Virus record (IMG/VR): IMGVR_UViG_3300028706_000553
Length of the DNA stretch: 64,000 bases
Source: a virus
Strand: one strand, 5' to 3'
Part shown: positions 56,584 to 64,000 of the stretch, in pieces
Numbering within the stretch: the first letter of the stretch is position 1
How the letters are laid out: the number at the start of each line of letters is the position of its first letter
Position numbers and translations under genes: made by a program
The notes under the pieces: generated by a model
The model's database searches: none
Told to the model about the DNA's origin: nothing
The model's input: only the letters and a program-made list of their open reading frames with translations

Positions 56584-57265
56584 TGGATGTGCTGAAAATA
56601 AAACTGATTCAAATAATGATCTTGATAGTGGAGATAAATCAAATCTACCAGTCACAATATCATCTCTGATTGAACACGCAGAGTATTGTAAAGTAATTTA
56701 CGATAGTGGTGGTAATCAAAAAGATGAAGTTGCATTTGATGTAAAACAAGATAGTGGAATAACAATAATTATTATTAGGGGCACTGCCAATGCAGAAAAT
56801 GTCCAATCTGATATTGATGTAAGATTAGTAGATGATGCAGTCACAGGAATCAAACTTCATAAAGGATTCAGAGATGCGTCTTTAGGTGTTATGGAGATTA
56901 TTGATAGAGATCATACAGTTGAACATACTGTACATATTACAGGTCACAGTTTAGGTGGAGCTATTTCACAAATAATAGGAATGTGGCTTCATAAAAGAGG
57001 TCACAATGTTCAAATCTATTCTTACGGATCACCAAAAGTTACTTATCAAATTATGTCTGGAGGACAGCCCACTCATTGGCGTGTGGTTCGTCTTAGCGAT
57101 CCTATCCCTTTTACTCCTCCCTGGCCTTATGCTCATACCGGTCTTTTTATAGATAGTCAGACTTTAGATTGGGGTCCAGATAATGATAATGGATTAATTT
57201 CTCAAACAGATGGCTTGACTCACGCCATAGCAAAATATGTGGAAACATTGAAAGCCGCTCAATGA
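56522..57265 (+). CDS. lipoprotein, class 3 lipase (alpha/beta hydrolase)
   Basis: GTG start gives a signal peptide II ending LILSG-C (lipobox); IIIRGT, LHKGF, ITGHSLGG (GxSxG), YSYGSP, DPIP. ORF track starts at 56477. Confidence 0.8.
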   Translation: MQRHLINIKRFTLALSLLILSGCAENKTDSNNDLDSGDKSNLPVTISSLIEHAEYCKVIYDSGGNQKDEVAFDVKQDSGITIIIIRGTANAENVQSDIDVRLVDDAVTGIKLHKGFRDASLGVMEIIDRDHTVEHTVHITGHSLGGAISQIIGMWLHKRGHNVQIYSYGSPKVTYQIMSGGQPTHWRVVRLSDPIPFTPPWPYAHTGLFIDSQTLDWGPDNDNGLISQTDGLTHAIAKYVETLKAAQ

Positions 57266-57984
57266 AGGGTGAAGAAAGACCTTACTTAAAAAAATATGGA
57301 ATAGAAGAAAAGGTTAACCCATTTGAAAACATTCCAGAAGATAGAACAGCCGTAGATAACATTTTAAGAGTGAATCACGGTAATCAAATGAGATTAAACT
57401 TGATGGCTGATGCTAAAGCTAATATTATGATTACTGTTTCTTCTATTGTTTTTTCAGTCACTATAGCTAATTTAGATAATGAAATAATGAAATGGCCTTT
57501 AATAACATTTGCAGTTGGAAACTTTTTTACATTATTATTTGCCATATTTGCAATTATTCCAAAAACAGCTTATCCTAAGCTACCACATTCCAATGAAATT
57601 GATAGAAAATCGCCTTGGTTTAATCCTTTATTTTTCGGACATTTTGCACATATTGATATTGATGAATATAAAAAAGATTACGCAGAAAAATTGTTGACTG
57701 ATGATAAAATATATGATACTATGGTAGGAGATATATATGGCCAAGGAAAAGTACTTGCACTTAGTAAATATAAGTATCTCAAATGGTCATATAATTGTTT
57801 TCTTGGAGGGATGGCATCAGCAATGGCAGTTTTTGCATTACAAGGGGCTGCAGCAGATTTTATATTAGAGTATGGATTATGGTTAAAAGATATTATATTT
57901 GAGGAAATATCATTTACTTTTGATGGACTGAGAGAAGTAGCCTGTCAAATAAGTACTCCATGTCGACAGAAATATAACTTATAA
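57262..57984 (+). CDS. Pycsar-type membrane effector domain protein (PycTM/DUF5706-like)
   Basis: LMADAKANIMITVSS, second TM ending FAIIP, NPLFFGHFA...EY, DIYGQGKVLA..KYKYLKWSY plus third TM: the DUF5706 pattern as I recall it. Confidence 0.75.
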   Translation: MKGEERPYLKKYGIEEKVNPFENIPEDRTAVDNILRVNHGNQMRLNLMADAKANIMITVSSIVFSVTIANLDNEIMKWPLITFAVGNFFTLLFAIFAIIPKTAYPKLPHSNEIDRKSPWFNPLFFGHFAHIDIDEYKKDYAEKLLTDDKIYDTMVGDIYGQGKVLALSKYKYLKWSYNCFLGGMASAMAVFALQGAAADFILEYGLWLKDIIFEEISFTFDGLREVACQISTPCRQKYNL

Positions 57985-57987
57985 ATA
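57980..57987 (+). promoter_or_regulatory. T4-type late promoter
   Basis: Exact TATAAATA upstream of the 58019 membrane gene. Confidence 0.7.
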
Positions 57988-58018
57988 TGATATACAGATA
58001 ACTTTATGGAACGTATAA

Positions 58019-58399
58019 ATGAGTATATTGAATAGAAGTAAACGTCAAGGTGACGATAAAATAAATACTGTTAAGGAATTGATTATTACATCAGAAGATA
58101 AATTATGGGAAAGTGATCCAATGAAAGCATTGACATTTGAAGGTACGGAACGTCGCAAAAAATTGAACTGGTGGACAAGAACATTTTTATCCATTGTTAT
58201 AGTTCTTACTTTTTTATTCTTAGTGTGGTTACTCTTTATGGAGGACCTGCCTGATGCATCTCGCGATTTAATAAATATAATGACCGGGGCGTATGTGGCG
58301 GTACTCGCCAAAGCAACGGACTACTGGTTCAAAGATAAAGATGATCCAGAACACAAAGAAACAGAACGAGAATTAGCAAAAGATGCTAGCGTAAGCTAA
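58019..58399 (+). CDS. two-TM membrane protein (holin-like)
   Basis: TM1 FLSIVIVLTFLFLVWLLF, short loop, TM2 INIMTGAYVAVLA followed by DYWF. Confidence 0.6.
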   Translation: MSILNRSKRQGDDKINTVKELIITSEDKLWESDPMKALTFEGTERRKKLNWWTRTFLSIVIVLTFLFLVWLLFMEDLPDASRDLINIMTGAYVAVLAKATDYWFKDKDDPEHKETERELAKDASVS

Positions 58400-58427
58400 T
58401 AAATTAAAATCTAAAAAAAGTAAAGCT

Positions 58428-58703
58428 ATGTCTTTAGAAAAAGAAAATTTAGAGGCCCATGTTGACTTATGTGCGGAGAGGTACCAGCGCTTGGAAGAAA
58501 AGTATCAACTGCTGAAAGATACTATTGATAAAAGTAATACGGTTATTCACGAAAGAATTTCCAAAATGAAAGATAGTATGGACGAAATGAAAGCATTATC
58601 AATAGAACAACATTTTAAACTAAATAGAATAATAATAACTACTGCTGTTGCTGTTATAGGTACTATTGTTGCCGCAGTTATTCAACAGTTGATCCATAAT
58701 TAG
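58428..58703 (+). CDS. coiled-coil protein with C-terminal TM anchor
   Basis: LEAHVDLCAERY coiled-coil followed by IIITTAVAVIGTIVAAVI. Confidence 0.65.
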   Translation: MSLEKENLEAHVDLCAERYQRLEEKYQLLKDTIDKSNTVIHERISKMKDSMDEMKALSIEQHFKLNRIIITTAVAVIGTIVAAVIQQLIHN

Positions 58704-58709
58704 GTTAAT

Positions 58710-59177
58710 ATGTTAACATTGATTGATATAATAGAAGAAGAACTAGATGAATTATTAGAGCTTGAAGAAGATCTTGCTGAAGATGGTTTAACTTTAGAAG
58801 ATTTCTATGAGTGGACTGATCAATTAGATGAAAAAGAATCCCAAGCAAATTATATTAATAGAATGAAAAAATTGGGTAGAAAAGCCAGACGTATAAACAA
58901 GTTATCTTCAACGAAAAGAAAAAAGAAAAGATCTCAATTAAGACGAAAGACTGCTGCTAAGATTCAAAAATCAGCCCTACGTAAGGCCCAAGGTGATGTA
59001 ATACCAAAAGCAGTAATGAAGGCTACAGGTACTGGTGGAATGATTAAAAGAAAAAGATGGAAAGAAATGAAAAAGAAAATGGTTGATAGAAAGAAAGTAG
59101 TAAAAGCCCGTGAAGTTAAAAGAGGCGAACCCGCAAGGATGAAAGCAGCCCGTAGATCAATGGCCAAACGAGGATAA
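58710..59177 (+). CDS. acidic N-terminus / highly basic C-terminus protein, candidate DNA-binding internal protein
   Basis: Glu/Asp-rich first 45 aa, then an Arg/Lys-rich remainder. Confidence 0.6.
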   Translation: MLTLIDIIEEELDELLELEEDLAEDGLTLEDFYEWTDQLDEKESQANYINRMKKLGRKARRINKLSSTKRKKKRSQLRRKTAAKIQKSALRKAQGDVIPKAVMKATGTGGMIKRKRWKEMKKKMVDRKKVVKAREVKRGEPARMKAARRSMAKRG

Positions 59178-59179
59178 AT

Positions 59180-59383
59180 ATGCATCATATTTCAGTAAAA
59201 GAAAAAATTGAACATACAAAGTCATACAGTTCTGATGGTGGAAGAAATGTTCGTAAAGTTATAAAAAAAAGAATTGTTTCCCGAAGAAGGACCGCAGTCA
59301 CAGAATCAGGTGCTGAATTATTGAAAACCGCTCCAAAAGATGAAAACGGTCAAACCAATTGGAAAAAAATAATGAATAGCTAA
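59180..59383 (+). CDS. small hypothetical protein
   Basis: 67-aa ORF abutting the gp17 start. Confidence 0.5.
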   Translation: MHHISVKEKIEHTKSYSSDGGRNVRKVIKKRIVSRRRTAVTESGAELLKTAPKDENGQTNWKKIMNS

Positions 59384-61036
59384 ATGCCAAGTACACATTA
59401 TCTCGGAAATCCAAAATTAAAATCTGCTAATGTTCCAGTAGAATTTGCTGAAGAAGAATTAGCTGAGTATATAAAATGTCAAAGTGATCCTGTATATTTT
59501 ATTAAAAAATATGTAAAGATTATTCATGTTGATAAAGGCTTAGTGCCTTTTGATCTATATTCTTTTCAAGAGAATATGGTAGAGACATTTCACGACAATA
59601 GATTCGTGATTTGTAAGATGCCACGACAGTCTGGTAAGTCAACCACTATTATTGCATTCTTTTTACATTACATACTTTTTAATGAAAATGTACAAGTAGG
59701 TATTCTTGCTAATAAAGGTTCACTCGCTAGAGAATTATTAGATAGATTAAAACTATCTTATGAAAATTTACCCATGTGGTTACAGCAGGGTATTTTAGCA
59801 TGGAATAAAGGTAATATAGAATTAGAGAATGGTTCAAAAGTATTAGCGGCTGCTACATCATCATCCGCGGTACGGGGATCATCATTTAATATAATCTTCC
59901 TAGACGAGTTCGCCCACGTTCCAAAAGAATTAGCAGAAGAATTTTTTACTTCAGTATATCCAACTATTTCTTCTGGGCAAACTACCAAAGTCTTTATTGT
60001 ATCTACACCTTTAGGGTTAAATCAATTCTATAAGATGTGGGTTGATGCAGAAGAAAAAAGAAGTAATTATATACCTATAGATGTTCATTGGTCTGAAATT
60101 CCAGGTAGAGATTCAAAATGGAAAGAAGAGACCATTCGAAATACCAGTGAAAGACAATTTTCACAAGAATTCGAAACTGAATTTGTTGGTAGTACACAGA
60201 CACTTATAGCAGGTTCTAAATTAAGACAATTGCCGTTTAAGACACCAATACATTCGCAAGAAAATATTGATATATTTGAAAATCCAATAGAAAAACATTC
60301 GTATACTATATGTGTTGATACGGCAAGAGGACAGGGATTAGATTATTCCGCACTTACAGTTATAGATTCAACTGAAGTCCCTTATAAACTTGTAGCGAAA
60401 TATAGATGTGATACTATATCACCTTTACTATATCCTAACATAATTTATAAAATAGCTAAACATTATAATGAGGCATATGTATTAGTTGAAGTAAATGATA
60501 TAGGCGAACAGGTAGCAGTTACCTTACACCAAGATTTAGAATATGAAAATATGATGATGATGACTTGGAAAGGCAGAGGCGGACAACAGCTGGGCGGTGG
60601 GTTTGGTAAAAATGCTCAGTGGGGTGTAAGAACTACTAAACAAGTTAAACGTTTAGGATGTGCTACATTAAAGAGTTTAATCGAAGAAGATAAGTTAGTT
60701 ATTACAGATTATGATGTAATATATGAACTTACTTCATTTTCAGCAAGAAAAGATTCATACGAAGCTGAAGAAGGTCATCATGATGACTTAGTAATCACGT
60801 TAGTCATCTTTGCGTGGTTAACTAATCAAGAATATTATAAAGAATTAACAGATGTAGATTTACGTGAAAAGATGTACTCAGAAAAAATGAAAGAAATTGA
60901 AGAAAGCTATTTACCGTTTGGAATTATAGATGATGGATTGGAAGAAGAAGAAATCGTCGATAATGAAGGAAATAGGTGGCAAGTTGACCGAACCAATAGA
61001 GTTTTAGAAGATACAGGTCATCATACTTTTTTCTGA
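59384..61036 (+). CDS. gp17: terminase large subunit gp17
   Basis: YLGNPKLK, KMPRQSGKST (Walker A), LDEFAH (Walker B), FSQEFE, VDTARG, HHDDLV. Confidence 0.98.
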   Translation: MPSTHYLGNPKLKSANVPVEFAEEELAEYIKCQSDPVYFIKKYVKIIHVDKGLVPFDLYSFQENMVETFHDNRFVICKMPRQSGKSTTIIAFFLHYILFNENVQVGILANKGSLARELLDRLKLSYENLPMWLQQGILAWNKGNIELENGSKVLAAATSSSAVRGSSFNIIFLDEFAHVPKELAEEFFTSVYPTISSGQTTKVFIVSTPLGLNQFYKMWVDAEEKRSNYIPIDVHWSEIPGRDSKWKEETIRNTSERQFSQEFETEFVGSTQTLIAGSKLRQLPFKTPIHSQENIDIFENPIEKHSYTICVDTARGQGLDYSALTVIDSTEVPYKLVAKYRCDTISPLLYPNIIYKIAKHYNEAYVLVEVNDIGEQVAVTLHQDLEYENMMMMTWKGRGGQQLGGGFGKNAQWGVRTTKQVKRLGCATLKSLIEEDKLVITDYDVIYELTSFSARKDSYEAEEGHHDDLVITLVIFAWLTNQEYYKELTDVDLREKMYSEKMKEIEESYLPFGIIDDGLEEEEIVDNEGNRWQVDRTNRVLEDTGHHTFF

Positions 61037-61048
61037 AACCGGTTTGTT

Positions 61049-61056
61049 TATAAATA
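61049..61056 (+). promoter_or_regulatory. T4-type late promoter for gp18
   Basis: Exact TATAAATA, preceded by the palindrome AAACCGGTTT (61036-61045). Confidence 0.8.
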
Positions 61057-61105
61057 ATCTTAGTAACTAATAATACATGAACTTAATGAATCATAGGAGA
61101 AGAAG

Positions 61106-63301
61106 ATGGCATTTACAGTAAGTCCAGGAGTAGTTACTCGTGAGATTGATTTAACTACAATTGTGCCTGAGACTGGAACAACTGCAGGTGCTTTTGCTGG
61201 GGCTTTTCGCTGGGGACCCTTAGAAGAGGTTGTCAATGTTAGCAGTGAAGATCTACTCGTAGAAAATTTCCAGAAGCCTGACTCTTCAACATATCTATCT
61301 TTTTTCACAGCGGCGAACTTCTTAGCCTACGGTCAAAATTTAAATGTTGTTCGAGTAGCAAATTCACAAGCATATAACGCAACGACAGATGCGGCAAATA
61401 CTGTCTTAATTAAAAGTGACACAGCCTATTACAATACATATTACACCGAATTTGGAGGCTCAGGAGCTTCTGATAATTACGGTGAATTTGCAGCGAAATA
61501 TGCAGGGGAACTAGGTAACTCACTTAAAGTCGGATTATGTGGTGCTGACATACCAGAGCTAATTTTGACAGGAGCTGTAGCTATTGCCTTTTCAGGAAAT
61601 GAAGGTACTGTTACAGGAACGTCAACTCTTTTTACAATGGAATTACAAGTCAATGACGTTATTAAAAATAACGATGCTAGCACATATTTCATAGTAACAG
61701 CAATAGCGTCCGATACATCAGCAACAGTTCAGTCTTCAAGTAATACTGCTGTGACTGGTTCAAATTTATTTACTAGAATGAAATCATCACATTACGAATC
61801 ACCATCAACAAGTGTAATGGGAACAGTTCAAGTTTCCGATACCGCACGAAAAGTAATGACTGGAACAGGAACATATTTTGATATCAACTTGATAGCCGGT
61901 GACAAAGTAACACTTAATGGTGAAACACATTCAGTAGCTTCTATTACAAGTAATACAAGCGCAACCTTAGAAACAGCAATTTCACCAAGTTCGACAGCAA
62001 TTTCAGGTTCAATTGCATGGTCCAGAGAATGGGAGTTCGCAGGTAATTTTGATTATGCGCCTACCACTTCAGACTTTGGAACACGAAGAGGTGTAACACG
62101 AGATGAAGTTCATGTAGTTGTAGTAGATGAGGACGGAGAATGGACAGGTGTTAAGGGAACAGTATTAGAAACTTTTCCAGCACTGTCCGTTGCCTCAGAT
62201 GCTAAATCAGAAGATGGTCAAGCACTTTATTATAAAGAAGCTATTAATAGACGGTCTAAATACATTTGGTGGATGAAACACCCTTCAGGAACGGCTGCGA
62301 GTACAGCACCTAATACTGCACTATGGGGAACTTCCGCTAATTCAGCTTCCAAGCCTGCATTTACACAGAATAGAATAACTGTTAATGCAAGCATGACAGG
62401 TGGAGCAGATGGTCAAACGTTAACTGATGCTATTACAATTACAGGATTCGATAAATTTAAGTCTTCAGAAGACATAGACATTTCATTAATGATTGCTGGA
62501 TCTTGTTCTTCAACAGTTGCCAGTTATTTAATTAGTAATATTGCTGAAGTTCGAAAAGATTGTATGGTATTCATCAGTCCAGAACAAAGCGATGTTGTTA
62601 ATAATGACGGCGGAGAAGTTACAGCAATTAATGATTTTAGAAATAATTTACCTAGCACATCATATGCGGTTATTGATTCTGGATGGAAATATCAGTATGA
62701 TAAATACAATGATACGTTCAGATATGTTCCGTTAAATCCAGATGTCGCCGGACTCGTTGTACGAACAACATTGGAAAGAGATTTTTTCTTCTCACCAGCA
62801 GGCTTTAATAGAGGCCAGGTTAAAAATGTTGCTCGCCTCGCATGGAATCCTAATAAAACGGAAAGAGACAATCTTTATAAAAATGGTGTAAACCCAGTTG
62901 TTTCGTTTTCAGGTCAAGGTACATTATTATTCGGTGACAAAACATTGTTGGCTAAGCCTTCGGCATTTGACCGTATTAATGTACGTAGATTGTTTATTAC
63001 TTTAGAAAAATCAATTGCTATCTTCGCACAATTTTCAATGTTTGAATTTAACGATGATTTTACGCGTTCATCATTTGTTTCGGCAGTAGAACCTTTCCTT
63101 AGAGATATTCAAGGAAGAGGTGGAATTACAGATTTTGCTGTAATTTGTGACGAATCAAATAATACACAGGAAGTTATAGATAGAAATGAGTTCATCGGAA
63201 GTATATTCGTGAAACCAACCAAATCTATTAACTTCATCTTACTCAACTTTGTTGCTGTTAGAAGCGGTGTAGAGTTTGAAGAAGTTGTGAATGCTGTATA
63301 A
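61106..63301 (+). CDS. gp18: tail sheath protein gp18
   Basis: VSPGVVTREIDLT, FRWGP, WKYQYDKYND.FRYVPLN.D.AG, SPAGFNRG, FGDKT...SAFDRINVRRLF, IKPTKSINFI-type C-terminus. Confidence 0.98.
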   Translation: MAFTVSPGVVTREIDLTTIVPETGTTAGAFAGAFRWGPLEEVVNVSSEDLLVENFQKPDSSTYLSFFTAANFLAYGQNLNVVRVANSQAYNATTDAANTVLIKSDTAYYNTYYTEFGGSGASDNYGEFAAKYAGELGNSLKVGLCGADIPELILTGAVAIAFSGNEGTVTGTSTLFTMELQVNDVIKNNDASTYFIVTAIASDTSATVQSSSNTAVTGSNLFTRMKSSHYESPSTSVMGTVQVSDTARKVMTGTGTYFDINLIAGDKVTLNGETHSVASITSNTSATLETAISPSSTAISGSIAWSREWEFAGNFDYAPTTSDFGTRRGVTRDEVHVVVVDEDGEWTGVKGTVLETFPALSVASDAKSEDGQALYYKEAINRRSKYIWWMKHPSGTAASTAPNTALWGTSANSASKPAFTQNRITVNASMTGGADGQTLTDAITITGFDKFKSSEDIDISLMIAGSCSSTVASYLISNIAEVRKDCMVFISPEQSDVVNNDGGEVTAINDFRNNLPSTSYAVIDSGWKYQYDKYNDTFRYVPLNPDVAGLVVRTTLERDFFFSPAGFNRGQVKNVARLAWNPNKTERDNLYKNGVNPVVSFSGQGTLLFGDKTLLAKPSAFDRINVRRLFITLEKSIAIFAQFSMFEFNDDFTRSSFVSAVEPFLRDIQGRGGITDFAVICDESNNTQEVIDRNEFIGSIFVKPTKSINFILLNFVAVRSGVEFEEVVNAV

Positions 63302-63304
63302 ATA
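63297..63304 (+). promoter_or_regulatory. T4-type late promoter for gp19
   Basis: Exact TATAAATA overlapping the gp18 stop. Confidence 0.8.
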
Positions 63305-63338
63305 AAGATAATTATACAACAATATTAGGGGAATTTAA

Positions 63339-63905
63339 ATGAGTTTTCAAGTTGATGGACAGAATAGTTTCATTTCGAAACTAGCTAAAGGAGGCGCGAG
63401 AGCTTCCCTTTTTGATGTAAATATTTCACTCAAAGGGGATGCGTCAACTACTGGTACCAATCCAAACTTCAAATTTATGTGTAAAGGTGTGCAAATCCCT
63501 GCTAACGCATTAGGTATAACTACTGTTAATTATTTTGGTCGTGCGGTTAAGATTCCAGGCAATAGAACGTTTGAGGATTTAACAACAACTGTTATAAATG
63601 ATGAGGGATATTTCATCAGAAACCAATTGGAAAGTTGGATGCATAAATTGAATTCGCACCAAGGTAATGTACGTGATGCAACCATGGTAAAAAAGTTAGA
63701 TGGTTACACTGCGGATATGACAGTATGGACCTATGCGAAAACAGGGGATTTTGATCAAGGATATAAATTTGAAAATTGTTTTCCAACTGCACTAGATCAA
63801 ATTGATGTAAATTGGGATCCAAATGATGCAGTAATGGAATATACAGTTACCTGGTCTTACGATTATTGGGAGCACATAGGTATAACCGCTGATTTTGACG
63901 GATAA
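63339..63905 (+). CDS. gp19: tail tube protein gp19
   Basis: GGARASLF, FMCKGVQIP, YFGRAVKIPGNRTFED, INDE...RNQLESW, VTWSYDYW. Confidence 0.95.
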   Translation: MSFQVDGQNSFISKLAKGGARASLFDVNISLKGDASTTGTNPNFKFMCKGVQIPANALGITTVNYFGRAVKIPGNRTFEDLTTTVINDEGYFIRNQLESWMHKLNSHQGNVRDATMVKKLDGYTADMTVWTYAKTGDFDQGYKFENCFPTALDQIDVNWDPNDAVMEYTVTWSYDYWEHIGITADFDG

Positions 63906-63932
63906 ACGAGATAATTTTTAAGGATAGAAAAA

Positions 63933-64000
63933 ATGCCAGATTTTAGAATAAGCTCTTTTACGAGCAAGTTACAAGGTGGTGGAGCAAGATCCAATCTCAT
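63933..64000 (+). CDS. 5' end of a second tail-tube-like (gp19-like) gene, truncated by the window end
   Basis: MPDFRISSFTSKLQGGGARSNL matches the gp19 N-terminal GGGARxNLF motif. Confidence 0.7.
   Translation, partial: MPDFRISSFTSKLQGGGARSNL

Noticed and set aside
61036-61045. Perfect palindrome AAACCGGTTT just upstream of the gp18 late promoter as a possible operator
   Set aside because: Single occurrence noticed; not seen at the other late promoters; a 10-bp palindrome can arise by chance.
1-64000. Alternative genetic code, integrase, transposase, intron or homing endonuclease
   Set aside because: Core genes read intact in code 11 using TAA, TGA and TAG stops. No such motifs were seen; gp4 is the normal head-completion nuclease, and gp17, gp18 and gp32 are uninterrupted.

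Overview
AT-rich 64 kb segment of a large T4-like myovirus, with gene order and protein types resembling marine cyanophage/pelagiphage-type T4 relatives. No host chromosomal housekeeping region is present. Left arm (1-11.7 kb): duplicated methyltransferase-like, glycosyltransferase-like and SGNH-like genes; a circularly permuted two-piece tmRNA gene; an SNase-like nuclease; a sigma70-driven 7-deazaguanine DNA-modification cluster (folE, TGT/DpdA-like, DUF3310, queC, class II glutamine amidotransferase, dUTPase/Dcd-like); then gp33, gp59 and gp32. Middle (11.7-53.8 kb): tail, baseplate and neck module (tape-measure-like, gp51, gp26, gp54, gp2, gp4, gp48, gp53, gp27-like, gp5, gp25, gp6, gp7, gp8, VrlC-like, fibre proteins, gp13-gp16). 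A 5.6 kb accessory island between the terminase genes gp16 and gp17 is rich in membrane and periplasmic genes: a c-type cytochrome, an AapJ-like amino-acid-binding protein, holin-like proteins, a lipoprotein lipase and an orphan Pycsar-type membrane effector. The window ends with gp17, gp18, gp19 and the start of a second gp19-like gene. Most notable: the permuted tmRNA; a probable lambda G/GT-style -1 frameshift joining gp26 to gp51 just upstream of the tape measure gene; the orphan PycTM/lipase/cytochrome c/AapJ island; two fibre paralogs whose Tyr-Gly tetrapeptide arms are length-matched around a conserved turn; and the deazaguanine cluster. All assignments come from motif recognition by eye; no database searches were run.
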